Source: an uncultured Gemmatimonadaceae bacterium (GTDB lineage: Bacteria > Gemmatimonadota > Gemmatimonadetes > Gemmatimonadales > Gemmatimonadaceae). From it: a stretch of 64,000 nt of DNA. How positions within the stretch are numbered: the first letter of the stretch is position 1; every line of letters begins with the position of its first letter. The stretch covers positions 1,696,001 through 1,760,000 of the forward strand of contig CAVXGK010000002.1 in NCBI GenBank assembly GCA_963761305.1, written 5' to 3'. Of this stretch, positions 17,762 through 27,612 are shown piece after piece. Position numbers and translations under genes: made by a program. The notes beneath the pieces were generated by a model. That model was not told the DNA's origin. It did no database searches and saw only the letters and a list, made by a program, of their open reading frames with translations.

Positions 17762-19102
17762 TTACCGCGTTCCAAACATATTCGGCCTGAACTTCCCCGC
17801 GCCCCCGGGGAGGTTTCCGGCCTTCTTCATCATCTTCTGCATCTCCCGGAACTGCTCCAGGAGCCGGTTGACCTCGGAGATCGGCCGGCCGCAGCCCTTG
17901 GCTACCCGCGCCCGCCGCGACCCGTTCATGATCTCCGGGTGCTTTCGCTCTTCCAGCGTCATCGAGAGCACGATGGCCTCGAGGTGGCGCATGCGCTTGG
18001 GGTCGGTCGCCTTGATCTGCTTGAGCATCTTCCCGTTCACGCCGGGGAGCATCTTGAGCAGCCCTTCCAACGGGCCGAGCCGCTCGATCTGCTTCATGGC
18101 GGTGAGGAAGTCGCCCAGGTCCATGCCTTCCTTGCGGACCTTCTTCTCCAGTCGCTTGGACTCTTCGGCGTCGAAGGCGCCCTGCGCCTTCTCGACGAGC
18201 GACACGATGTCGCCCTGCTGGAGGATTCGGCCCGCCATGCGGTCGGGGTGGAACTCCTCGAGCGCGTCCGTTTTTTCGCCGACGCCAATGTACTTGATCG
18301 GCTTCTTGGTCACGCCATAGATCGAAAGCGCGGCGCCGCCCCGCGCGTCGCCGTCGAGCTTCGTGAGGATGACGCCGGTGATGTGCAGGCGCTGATCGAA
18401 TCCCTGCGCGATCTTCACGGCGTCCTGTCCCGTCATACCGTCGGCGACGAGGAGGATTTCGTCGGGGTGAATCGCCGCTTTGAGCTTGTCCAGCTCCTCC
18501 ATCATCTCGTCGTCGATCTGGAGGCGGCCGGCGGTGTCGATGATGACCACGCGGTCGCGTCCGCGACGCGCCTGCTCGATGCCGGCCTTGGCGATCTTCA
18601 CGACGTCCTGCGTCGTGCGGTCGGCGTAGACCGGCACGTCGAGCTGAGCGCCGAGTGTCTCGAGCTGGTCGATCGCGGCGGGACGGTAGACGTCGCAGGC
18701 GACGAGGCGCGTCGGCCGGGACTCGCTCTTCAGCTTGCGCGCGAGCTTGGCGGCGGTCGTCGTCTTTCCAGAACCCTGAAGACCGACCATCATGACGACG
18801 GTGGGCGGAACGGAGCTGAGCTTGAGTCCTTCGCGCGTCTCGCCGAGCATCGCGGCGAGCTCGTCGTAGACGATCTTGACGAGCTGCTGGCCGGGGGAGA
18901 CGGTGCGCAGTTGCGCGATGCCGACGGCCTTCTTCTCGACGCGCTCGAGGAACTCGCGCGTGAGCTGGAAATTGACGTCCGCCTCGAGCAGCACGCGGCG
19001 GACCTCGCGAAGCCCCTCTTTGATGTCGGCTTCGGTGAGGACGCCCCGGCCGCGCAGCCGGGCAAACGTTGCCTCCAGTTTTTCGGAAAGCTCGTCGAAC
19101 AT
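17762..19102 (-). CDS. ffh: Signal recognition particle protein
   Basis: MFDELSEKL start, GLQGSGKTT, DTAGRL, TKLDGDARGG, Met-rich M domain. Confidence 0.97.
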   Translation of the reverse strand: MFDELSEKLEATFARLRGRGVLTEADIKEGLREVRRVLLEADVNFQLTREFLERVEKKAVGIAQLRTVSPGQQLVKIVYDELAAMLGETREGLKLSSVPPTVVMMVGLQGSGKTTTAAKLARKLKSESRPTRLVACDVYRPAAIDQLETLGAQLDVPVYADRTTQDVVKIAKAGIEQARRGRDRVVIIDTAGRLQIDDEMMEELDKLKAAIHPDEILLVADGMTGQDAVKIAQGFDQRLHITGVILTKLDGDARGGAALSIYGVTKKPIKYIGVGEKTDALEEFHPDRMAGRILQQGDIVSLVEKAQGAFDAEESKRLEKKVRKEGMDLGDFLTAMKQIERLGPLEGLLKMLPGVNGKMLKQIKATDPKRMRHLEAIVLSMTLEERKHPEIMNGSRRARVAKGCGRPISEVNRLLEQFREMQKMMKKAGNLPGGAGKFRPNMFGTR

Positions 19103-19191
19103 AGACTGAGAAAGGTAGCCGAGACGATCGATTCGTTCAAGCAAACGGTTGTGCGCTATTGGCTTTTCCCCGTTATACTTAGCGCGCGAAC

Positions 19192-19284
19192 GGGTGGACC
19201 GGTTGACCGGTGGACCGGTGGACCGGTAAACGGCGGAGATCGGCAGTACCCGATCCACCTGTCCACCCCTCCACCTGTCCCCCT
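19192..19284. repeat. 8-bp repeat array plus inverted array upstream of lon-1
   Basis: Five CGGTGGAC-like units (19192-19231) and four GTCCACCY-like units (19253-19284). Confidence 0.75.
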
Positions 19285-19287
19285 GCC

Positions 19288-21771
19288 ATGGCCAAGACCC
19301 AACGCAAGGACGACATCCTCAAGTCCGAGCTGCCTCCGGCGCTGCCGCTGATGGCGCTGCGGTCCACGATCGTCTATCCGCTGGGTACGATCGCCGTCCA
19401 GATGGGGGCTCCGGAAAACCTCTCGCTGCTCCGTTCGAACGAGCAGTCGGGGTTGATCGTCGCGCTGGTCGTCGCGAGCGGCGACCACGATGAGCCGATC
19501 GACAACGAGCGATTCCGCGGACGCGTCGGCGTCGCGGCGCGCGTGCACGAGCGAATCAATCTGCCCGGCGACACGGTGCAGATCACGCTCCAGGGACTGC
19601 GCCGCATCGTGATCGACGAGATGGTGCAGCTCGACCCGTATCCGATCGCCAACGTGCGCGCGGCGCGCGAAACGCCCGCCGAACCGAACGAGGTCGACGA
19701 TCTGGTCGCGCGCGTCGTGTCGTCGGCCGAGACGCTGGCCGAGCTGGTGGAGCGCATCCCGGACGAAGTCCCGGCGATCTTGAAAATGAACGTCTCCGAT
19801 CCGGGGCGGTTCGCCGACCTCGCGGCGACGAACATGAACCTCCGCATCGCCGACAAGGACGAAGTCCTGCAGCGCCTCGACGTCGGCCAGCGGCTGCGCT
19901 TCATCCTCTCACGCCTCGAACGCGAAGTCGCGCGCGCGCGGGTGATGGAGGACGTCAAGAAGCAAACCGAGATCAAGATCGAGCAGCACCAGCGCGAGTT
20001 CTATCTCCGGCAGCAGCTGCGCGCGATCCAGGCCGAGCTGGGCGAGGCGGATCCCGGCGAGAAAGAAGCGATCGAGCTCCTCAAGAAGATCGACGAGGCC
20101 AAGCTGCCCGAAAAAGTCGGCCAGGAAGCGCGGCGCGAAACGGAGCGCATGCGCATGCTCTCGCCCGCGTCGAGCGAATACCACGTCGTGCGCACGTACC
20201 TCGACTGGATTCTCTCGCTGCCCTGGAACCGGCGCACGGGCGAAGAGCTGATCGACTTGAAGAAAGTCGAGGAGGCGCTCGACCAGCGGCACTACGGACT
20301 CGACGAGGCCAAGGAGCGCATCATCGAGTACCTCGCCGTGCGAAAGCTGCGCGGCGGCGATCCCCACGGTCCGATTCTCTGCTTCGTCGGCCCGCCGGGC
20401 ACCGGCAAGACCTCGCTCGGCGAGGCGATCGGCAAGTCTATTGGAAGAGAGTTTTACCGGATTTCAGTCGGCGGCGTGCGCGACGAAGCCGAGATTCGCG
20501 GCCACCGTCGCACGTACGTCGGCGCGATGCCGGGACTCGTCATTCAGGGATTGCGCCGCGTCGCCGTGAAGGATCCGGTCTTGATGATCGACGAAATTGA
20601 CAAGATGTCGGGCGGCGGTCCGAGCGGCGATCCGACGGCGGCGATGCTCGAGGTGCTCGACCCGAGCCAGAACAATTCGTTCGTCGACCACTATCTCAAC
20701 CTGCCGTTCGATCTCTCGCAGTGCTTGTTCATCTGCACGGCGAACAATCTGTTCGACATCCCGGCTCCGCTGCGCGATCGGCTCGAGATCATCAAGATCG
20801 CCGGCTACACGGTCGAGGAAAAAGTCGAGATCGCGTGGCGCTACCTGTTGCCGCGCCTGCTCGACGAGCACGGCATCAGCGACAAGGACCTGCAGTTCAC
20901 CGACGAGTCGCTCTCGTTCATCTCCAACCGCTACTCGCGCGAAGCCGGACTCCGAAACTTCGAGCGCAACCTCGCCGCCATCATGCGCAAGCGGGCACGC
21001 GCCAAGGCCGAAGGCGAAGAAGGCGCCTGGGTCGTCGACGTGGAGAAGGTGGAAGAAGTCTTGGGCATTCCGCGCTACGCCGCGGAAGAAGCTGAGAAGA
21101 TTCCCGAAGTCGGCGTCGTCACCGGGTTGGCGTGGACGTCCAACGGCGGCGACATCATGCTCATCGAAGCGCTGCGCATGCCCGGGACCGGACGCATGAC
21201 GGTGACCGGCCAGCTGGGCGACGTGATGCGCGAGTCGGTGGATGCGGCGTACTCGTACGTTCGCTCGCGCGCCACGCAGCTCGGCATCGAGGAAGCGGCG
21301 TTCAGGGAGAGCGATCTCCATATCCATCTTCCCGCTGGCGCGATCCCCAAGGACGGACCCAGCGCCGGCATCACGCTCTCGCTGGCGATCGCCAGCGCGC
21401 TGAGCGGACGCCCGGTGCGGCGCGATCTCGCGATGACCGGTGAAGTCACCCTACGCGGCAAGGTGCTGGAGATCGGGGGCGTAAAGGAGAAAGTCCTCGC
21501 CGCGTATCGCTCCGGGCTGCGCCAGGTCATCATGCCCAAGTCCAACGAGAAAGACCTGCGCGACGTGCCGGACGAGGTGAAGAAAAACATGAATTTCATG
21601 TTCGTCGATCGGATGGACGAGGTGCTCCATCTCGCGCTCATGCGCCCGGCGTCCGAAGAGCTGGCTGATCACGCCGAGCCCGAGGCGGAGCCGGCCACCG
21701 TCATCACGCCGACAGTGGAGCCGGCGAATCGCCCGTCGCCCGCGACCGAGTCTACGGTGGGGTCGGACTAG
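19288..21771 (+). CDS. lon: Endopeptidase La (Lon-1)
   Basis: Lon N-domain, Walker A GPPGTGKTS, RGHRRTYVGA, catalytic PKDGPSAG and GGVKEK. Confidence 0.96.
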   Translation: MAKTQRKDDILKSELPPALPLMALRSTIVYPLGTIAVQMGAPENLSLLRSNEQSGLIVALVVASGDHDEPIDNERFRGRVGVAARVHERINLPGDTVQITLQGLRRIVIDEMVQLDPYPIANVRAARETPAEPNEVDDLVARVVSSAETLAELVERIPDEVPAILKMNVSDPGRFADLAATNMNLRIADKDEVLQRLDVGQRLRFILSRLEREVARARVMEDVKKQTEIKIEQHQREFYLRQQLRAIQAELGEADPGEKEAIELLKKIDEAKLPEKVGQEARRETERMRMLSPASSEYHVVRTYLDWILSLPWNRRTGEELIDLKKVEEALDQRHYGLDEAKERIIEYLAVRKLRGGDPHGPILCFVGPPGTGKTSLGEAIGKSIGREFYRISVGGVRDEAEIRGHRRTYVGAMPGLVIQGLRRVAVKDPVLMIDEIDKMSGGGPSGDPTAAMLEVLDPSQNNSFVDHYLNLPFDLSQCLFICTANNLFDIPAPLRDRLEIIKIAGYTVEEKVEIAWRYLLPRLLDEHGISDKDLQFTDESLSFISNRYSREAGLRNFERNLAAIMRKRARAKAEGEEGAWVVDVEKVEEVLGIPRYAAEEAEKIPEVGVVTGLAWTSNGGDIMLIEALRMPGTGRMTVTGQLGDVMRESVDAAYSYVRSRATQLGIEEAAFRESDLHIHLPAGAIPKDGPSAGITLSLAIASALSGRPVRRDLAMTGEVTLRGKVLEIGGVKEKVLAAYRSGLRQVIMPKSNEKDLRDVPDEVKKNMNFMFVDRMDEVLHLALMRPASEELADHAEPEAEPATVITPTVEPANRPSPATESTVGSD

Positions 21772-21779
21772 AAGGGCTT

Positions 21780-22014
21780 TCACCGCAGAGGCGCGGAGAC
21801 GCAGAGAACGGCCGCCGAGGACAACCTGCATCGGCGCGCAACGAGCCGTGATTTTTTTTGTGACAGCCGCTCGGGATGCGTCGACGCACCGGAAAAGATT
21901 CTACGGTGTGTGAAGCATCCCGAGCGTCAGTTTCCAATGAATCCCGGCTCGTTGCGCGACGGATCTCGGTTGTTCACTCTGCGGCAGTTCTCTGCGTCTC
22001 CGCGTCTGCGGTGA
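21780..22014. repeat. Long inverted-repeat element (CACCGCAGAG...GCAGAGAAC arms)
   Basis: Arm 21780-21826 is an imperfect reverse complement of 21968-22014; lies between convergent genes. Confidence 0.8.
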
Positions 22015-22034
22015 GAGCAGTTGCAATTCCCGAC

Positions 22035-23321
22035 TCACTTGAAGAACGACGATACGACGTAGATCACCAGCCCCGCCAATCCGCCGACGATCGTGCCGTT
22101 GATGCGGATGAACTGCAGGTCGCGCCCGATCGCCAGCTCGACGCGCTTCGACGTGAGCTCGGGGTCCCACGACGAGACGGTGGACGCGATCAGCTCGCCG
22201 ACTTCGTCCTGGTATCGCGCCACGAGATAGACGGCGACGTTCACGGCGAATTCGTCCAGCTTGCTCAACAGCTCGTCGTCGCTCATCGCTTTCTGGCCGA
22301 ACGCCGTCAGCGCGTGCTCGATCGCGCCGGGCGCCGTCGAGTCGGGGTTCTCGACGTAGCGCGCCAGCGCGTCCTTCGCTTCCTGCCAGAGCGAGAGCGA
22401 GAACCGACGCGCGGCTTCGTTGTCGAGGAAATCCTCCTTCCACGCGTCCACACGCGCCGCGAGCTCGGGCGAGTTGTTGAGCCGGTCCACGAACTTGTGC
22501 AACGATTCGTCGAAGCGTCCGCGCAACGGATGGCTGGGATCCTGACTCAGCTCTCCGAGCAGTCGCTGGATGGCGCGCAGCACGCGCTTGAAGATCTTCT
22601 CGTCCACCGCCGACGGAATCCACCACGGCGTCTCCTGCTCGATGCGCTGGCGAATCAGCTCGCTGTTGTCGTTCACCGTGCGCGCCGCGAGCACGATCAC
22701 TTCGTCGAGCAGCTCCTGATGACGGCCGTCGTCGGTGATCACGCCGAGCACCTTGCCCAGCAGCGGCGCGAGGTGCATCGACCGCACGCGCTGCGCGAGA
22801 CTCCGGTCGATCACGTCCTGCACGTCTTCGTCCTTGAGCATCTGCGCCGCGGTGCTCATCGCCTCGGCGGCGCTTCGCGCGATCGTGCGCGCGTTGGCCG
22901 GCTCGGCGAGCCATTCCGCGATCCGCCGGCCGACCTCGAGCGACCGCATGCGGTGTTCGATCACGTCGCGCGAGAGGAAATTCCGCTGCACGAACGCGCC
23001 GAGCGTGCGCCCGACGCGGTCCTTTCGCGCCGGCACGATCGCCGTGTGCGGAATCGGAATGCCGAGCGGATGGCGGAACAGCGCCGTGACGGCGAACCAG
23101 TCGGCGAGTCCGCCGACCATCGCCGCTTCCATCGTCGCGCGGACGTAGCCGAGCCACGCCCAGCGCGCCTCGAGCGCGCGGGTCACGATGAACAGCACCG
23201 TCGCGGCGACGAGCAGCAGCGTCGCACGCCGCTTCATCGAATCGAGCTGCGCCTGGCGCGTCGCTTCGTCGTGCAGGATTTGCATCGCGCGCGGGCCAGC
23301 CGTCGCGACGGGAGCCGTCAC
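22035..23321 (-). CDS. DUF445-family membrane protein
   Basis: EAAMVGGLADWFAVTALFRHPLG and GRDLQFIRINGTIVGG motifs; GTGA overlap with the upstream gene. Confidence 0.88.
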   Translation of the reverse strand: MTAPVATAGPRAMQILHDEATRQAQLDSMKRRATLLLVAATVLFIVTRALEARWAWLGYVRATMEAAMVGGLADWFAVTALFRHPLGIPIPHTAIVPARKDRVGRTLGAFVQRNFLSRDVIEHRMRSLEVGRRIAEWLAEPANARTIARSAAEAMSTAAQMLKDEDVQDVIDRSLAQRVRSMHLAPLLGKVLGVITDDGRHQELLDEVIVLAARTVNDNSELIRQRIEQETPWWIPSAVDEKIFKRVLRAIQRLLGELSQDPSHPLRGRFDESLHKFVDRLNNSPELAARVDAWKEDFLDNEAARRFSLSLWQEAKDALARYVENPDSTAPGAIEHALTAFGQKAMSDDELLSKLDEFAVNVAVYLVARYQDEVGELIASTVSSWDPELTSKRVELAIGRDLQFIRINGTIVGGLAGLVIYVVSSFFK

Positions 23322-24601
23322 CGCGGAACGACCTTGACCTTGGCGAGGTCGACGAGGTCGGTCGGCGAACCGGCTGGCACGTCGACGTACAGCACGACCG
23401 GACGGCCGGCGACGTTGCGCACGTCCATCTCGATCGTGCGCTTCGGCGTGTCGAAATGCCGACGCTCGCCGGTGACGCGCGGCCGCACGTTGAAGCGCTC
23501 TAGCATCACCCGATCCATCGCCGACATGAATTCGGCCGCGTCGCCAGGCCGATCCCATACAGTGACCCAGGCGAGCGCATCGCCCGCCGGCGTCTTCACC
23601 AGCGCATAGCGGTCTCCGTCCCAACCGGTCGACGCGCGAATCGACGCGTCTTGATCCTGCGTGGCGGCGTAGAGGATGAGTCGCGTGCCGAACTCACCGA
23701 AGTCGTTCTCCTCGATCGTCCCCGGAATCTTCGGCACCGTGATCTCGCTCGGCACGTCGCGCTGCGACGTGAAATACGCCGAGTCGTGCATCAGCTGTTT
23801 CGTGCTGACGGGGAGATCGAGCAGCGGCAGCTTGCCCTTTTCGCGCGCCGAGTAGCGGCGGATGAAATCCGAGCCGTTGATGTACGGAAAAAGCAGCGTC
23901 TCCTGGATCACCATCGGCGCCGACGCGAACACCGGCTGCGTCTTTCGCGATGAGCGCACCATCTCGCGGATCGATTCCCACCCGCCCGGCAGCTGCGCGG
24001 CGATGTTCCCCGACCCGCCGACGGTGATGTACACCTGGTCGTACGTCGCCTGTCCTTCGACGACGGCCTGCGCGGCCAATTGCCGGTCGTCGTCGCCCGT
24101 GATGTGCTCGAGCGAATCGAGGCTCACGTACTGATCCTGCAGCGCGTGAATGAGCTCGTGCATGATCGTGAGGCCGACGTACTCTTCGGGCGCACCGTCC
24201 ACGACATAGAGCACCTTGGTCTTGGGATCGTAGAACCCCATGACCTGTTCGGCGAGCACTTTTACATAGAAGTCCTGGAGATGCATCGTGTCCCTGATCA
24301 GACCGAGCATCTTGTAGAGCGTTTCCTCGTTGGCGAGATCCTTCTGCGCCTCGGGCTCGCGGAATTTCGCCAGCAGGAACTGACGGACCTCGTCGCGCGA
24401 ACGAACCTCGAGCTTGGGCGGCGTCTTGAACTTGACGCCGAGCGCCGCTTCGATCTTCGGCACGTCTTCCGCGACCTTGTCGGCGTACGGCCCGTCGCCG
24501 GCGGCAGCGGCCCCACGACGGCAGGCGCTGAGCGCCACGAGCGCGACCGCCGCCGTCATGCACAGCGCGACGCTGGAGCGTCGAATGAATGGCGTCGTCA
24601 T
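23318..24601 (-). CDS. Lipoprotein with putative zinc-metallopeptidase motif
   Basis: Lipobox LSAC, GFYDP, HELIHALQDQ, EGQA, FPYING and GWDGD motifs. Confidence 0.7.
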   Translation of the reverse strand: MTTPFIRRSSVALCMTAAVALVALSACRRGAAAAGDGPYADKVAEDVPKIEAALGVKFKTPPKLEVRSRDEVRQFLLAKFREPEAQKDLANEETLYKMLGLIRDTMHLQDFYVKVLAEQVMGFYDPKTKVLYVVDGAPEEYVGLTIMHELIHALQDQYVSLDSLEHITGDDDRQLAAQAVVEGQATYDQVYITVGGSGNIAAQLPGGWESIREMVRSSRKTQPVFASAPMVIQETLLFPYINGSDFIRRYSAREKGKLPLLDLPVSTKQLMHDSAYFTSQRDVPSEITVPKIPGTIEENDFGEFGTRLILYAATQDQDASIRASTGWDGDRYALVKTPAGDALAWVTVWDRPGDAAEFMSAMDRVMLERFNVRPRVTGERRHFDTPKRTIEMDVRNVAGRPVVLYVDVPAGSPTDLVDLAKVKVVPR

Positions 24602-24608
24602 GCGTTCG

Positions 24609-25778
24609 TCATGCGTTCGTCGTGCGTTCGGTGGCGTCGTCCCACTTCACGTCGACGCCGGCCATCAGGCCGACGACGCGTGCGATGTCGTGGCCGCGAA
24701 TGACGACGCCCTCTTCCATCAGATGGCGCGCCAGCTCCGCCTCGATCGGCGCCAGCGGCGGAACCACCGACGGACGGCTGGCGCCGTTCGTCTCGCGCCC
24801 GGCGGCCGGTCCGGTCGCCACCGGCGCGCCCACGAACAGCGCCTCGAGCTCGGCGCCGAAGCGCTCGAACGCGTTGGCCGGTTGGCGGGTCGCCGTCTCA
24901 GTCTCGCGACGCTCGTCTTCGCGTTCACGGTCGGTGCGCGCCATGTCCTTGAGCGCCGCGATGCGCCGCTCGATGAGTTGCTCGGTGTGCGGCGAGTACT
25001 TCACGACGGCCTGCAAGTGCGCGCAGGCCTCGTCAATGGCGTCGATCGCCTTGTCGGGGCGCATGCGGTCGCTGACGTACTGGTCGGTGAGCTTCACGGC
25101 GGCACGCAACGCTTCGTCGGAGATGAGCACGTTGTGATGACGCTCGAGCCGCTCCTTGCGCGCCTGCAGAATCTCCAGCGTCTCCGCTTCGCCGAGCTCG
25201 CGCACGACGACTTTCTGGAAACGCCGCTCCAGCGCGGGATCGCCTTCGACCCACCGCTCGTACTCGTCGCTCGTGGTCGCGCCGATCACTCTGAAATCGC
25301 CGCGCACGAGCGCCGGCTTGAGCATGTTCGCCGCGTCCATCGCCGCGCCGATCGCCGTGCCCTGGCCGATCAGGTTGTGCAGCTCGTCGATGAAGAGGAT
25401 GACGTCGGCCGCGGCCGTCGTCTCGGCGACGATCCCGCGAATCCGCTCCTCGTACTGGCCGCGATACGTGGTCCCGGCGAGCAGCGCGACGTGGTCGAGC
25501 GAGAGCAGGCGCACGGACTTGAGAACGAGCGGCACGCGTTCGGCGGCGATGCGCTGCGCGAAGCCTTCGGCGATCGCCGTCTTGCCGACGCCGGCGGGCC
25601 CGATGAGCGTCGGATTGTTCTTGCCGTGGCGCAGCAGGATGTCGATGACGCGCGAGACTTCGTCGTCGCGGCAGCGCACGGGCTCGAGACGCCCGGCTCG
25701 CGCCGCGGCAGTGAGGTCCTGTGTGAATCGCGCCAGCGCACCGCCGGCAGCTTCGTTGCGTAGGTATTCGCCAATCAT
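24609..25778 (-). CDS. ClpA/ClpB-type AAA+ ATPase, NBD1 only
   Basis: KNNPTLIGPAGVGKTAIAEG, AGTTYRGQYEER, LFIDELH, IGATT, DPALERRFQ, PDKAIDAIDEA; no N-domain or second NBD. Confidence 0.85.
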   Translation of the reverse strand: MIGEYLRNEAAGGALARFTQDLTAAARAGRLEPVRCRDDEVSRVIDILLRHGKNNPTLIGPAGVGKTAIAEGFAQRIAAERVPLVLKSVRLLSLDHVALLAGTTYRGQYEERIRGIVAETTAAADVILFIDELHNLIGQGTAIGAAMDAANMLKPALVRGDFRVIGATTSDEYERWVEGDPALERRFQKVVVRELGEAETLEILQARKERLERHHNVLISDEALRAAVKLTDQYVSDRMRPDKAIDAIDEACAHLQAVVKYSPHTEQLIERRIAALKDMARTDREREDERRETETATRQPANAFERFGAELEALFVGAPVATGPAAGRETNGASRPSVVPPLAPIEAELARHLMEEGVVIRGHDIARVVGLMAGVDVKWDDATERTTNA

Positions 25779-25838
25779 TGGCGAAAGCTAGCCGTGGGCA
25801 CGGACCAGTCGTTGGATGTGAGACCGCGAATGCGCGGC

Positions 25839-26681
25839 CTAACGGACCAACCAGGCGAGCAGTGCATCGCCCCAAAACAAGGTGAGAAGCGCGGCAGGCG
25901 CAAGGAAAACTCCGAACGGTACGAGCGGCGTCTCGAGCGGCATGCTTCCAAGCGCCAGCTCCGTCTGTTCGCGCGGTTGGCCGCGCCGGAGCATGGCGAC
26001 CGGAATCACCACCACACCAAAGGCCAAGGCGCCGAGTGTCGCACCAAGAAAAATCGTGATGAGCGCGCGCGTCGGTCCGAGCGCGGCACCGATGAACGCC
26101 ATGAGCGTCACGTCACCGAGGCCCATCGCCTCGCGTCTGGTCACGACTTCGCCGAGCCAGCCGACGATGGCGATCATGCCGGCGCCGGTGCACGCGCCGA
26201 TCAACGCATCGTACGGTCCGGCGAAGATCCCGGTTTCGTTCTGGAAGAAGCCGATCAGCGCGGTAAGCAACGCGAACATCAGCCCGAACAGCGTGAATCC
26301 GTCGGGTATGAGATAGTGGCGCGCGTCGGTCATCGCGACGCCGAGCAGCACGGTGCCGAAGACGGCCACGCGGAACGCGCTGAACGTCGCCCCGTAGTGC
26401 CGCACCGCCAGCAGCCAGCCGATCGCCACGACCAGCTCGATCGCCGGATACAACGGCGAGATCGGCTCGTCGCAACAGCGGCAGTGGCCGCGCAGCGCGA
26501 TCCAGCTCACGATCGGCACGTTCTCGAACCAGGCGAGCTGGTTGCCGCACTTCGGGCAGCGCGACCGCGGGCGTACGATCGAGCGTTCGATCGGCCAGCG
26601 GACGATGCAGACGTTGAGGAACGATCCGATGCACGCCCCGACCATGAACGCGTACGCCTGGACGATGAGCGACGACATCAC
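25839..26681 (-). CDS. pilD: Prepilin peptidase (A24)
   Basis: GSFLNVCIVRWP, CPKC and CRCC, D..HYLIPD, AMGLGD, PFGVFL motifs. Confidence 0.92.
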   Translation of the reverse strand: MMSSLIVQAYAFMVGACIGSFLNVCIVRWPIERSIVRPRSRCPKCGNQLAWFENVPIVSWIALRGHCRCCDEPISPLYPAIELVVAIGWLLAVRHYGATFSAFRVAVFGTVLLGVAMTDARHYLIPDGFTLFGLMFALLTALIGFFQNETGIFAGPYDALIGACTGAGMIAIVGWLGEVVTRREAMGLGDVTLMAFIGAALGPTRALITIFLGATLGALAFGVVVIPVAMLRRGQPREQTELALGSMPLETPLVPFGVFLAPAALLTLFWGDALLAWLVR

Positions 26682-27442
26682 TGCGCCAGCTCGTTCAGAA
26701 GGATTCCCGCCGCGACCGCGACGTTGAGGGAGTCTACGCCGCCCGCGATCGGAATGGCGACGAGCTTGTCGGCGCGCTCACGCGCCGCGGCCGACAGGCC
26801 GGCGCCCTCGTTTCCCACCAGGATGGCCATTCGCGACGGCCGGACGGCGTTTACGGTCGGCAGGGGTTCTCCAGTCGCGTCGGCAGCCCAGACGTCCATC
26901 GGCCGGGCGCGACGGAACGCGTCCAGGTCGTCCCAGGTAACAGGGAAACAGAGATGATGAAAGTGAGCCCCCATCCCGCTACGGACGACTTTGGCGTTCC
27001 AGAGGTCAACGGTTCCCGGCAGGGCGACCGTCGCGTCGGCTCCCAAGGCCGCCGCGGTGCGAACAATTGTGCCTACGTTGCCGGGATCCTGCACCGCGTC
27101 CAGCACCAGGACGCGCAACGTCGCTCGCTCGACGAGCGCCGCGAGCGACCGATCCGGCACTTCGGCGATGGCAAGAATTCCTTGCGGCGAGTCCGTTTCG
27201 GCGGCGCTGGCGAATTCATGGTAATCCACCCTCTCGACGGGCACGCCGCGCTCCCCGAGCTGCGCGACCACGGCACCCCCCCGCGGGGTCTCGTCAAGCT
27301 GCGGCGCCGTCAGGACGCCGCGGATGGCGAGCTGCGACCGGGCGAGCTCCTCGACCGTCCGCACGCCTTCGGCCACAAAGAGTTGCTGGCGCTCGCGGGC
27401 TTTGCGCCGGCGAAGGTCGCGAGCAAGGGTCAGAAGCCTCAC
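26678..27442 (-). CDS. TrmH/SpoU-family RNA methyltransferase
   Basis: DAVQDPGNVGTIVRTA, VGNEGAGL and SLNVAVAAGI motifs; GTG start at 27442. Confidence 0.9.
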   Translation of the reverse strand: MRLLTLARDLRRRKARERQQLFVAEGVRTVEELARSQLAIRGVLTAPQLDETPRGGAVVAQLGERGVPVERVDYHEFASAAETDSPQGILAIAEVPDRSLAALVERATLRVLVLDAVQDPGNVGTIVRTAAALGADATVALPGTVDLWNAKVVRSGMGAHFHHLCFPVTWDDLDAFRRARPMDVWAADATGEPLPTVNAVRPSRMAILVGNEGAGLSAAARERADKLVAIPIAGGVDSLNVAVAAGILLNELAQ

Positions 27443-27477
27443 GCTTGTCGAGTAGTAGGCGGTTTGATTGTCCGTCT

Positions 27478-27540
27478 CCGCACCCCGCACGCCGCACCCC
27501 GTACCGCGCACGCCGCACTCCGCACCCCGCACCCCGCACT
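27478..27540. repeat. 7-bp tandem repeat (CCGCACC-like, 9 units)
   Basis: Read directly in the divergent trmH/M48 spacer. Confidence 0.85.
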
Positions 27541-27612
27541 CGTTCCACGCCCTCCGGAATATGTCTTGCCCTTCCCCCAAGTGAACTCTTCAGTCCGATG
27601 GAATCGCAAATA

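Noticed and set aside
25950..25975. QTELAL in prepilin peptidase as a clamp-binding motif
   Set aside because: Poor match, and a membrane peptidase has no evident link to the replisome.
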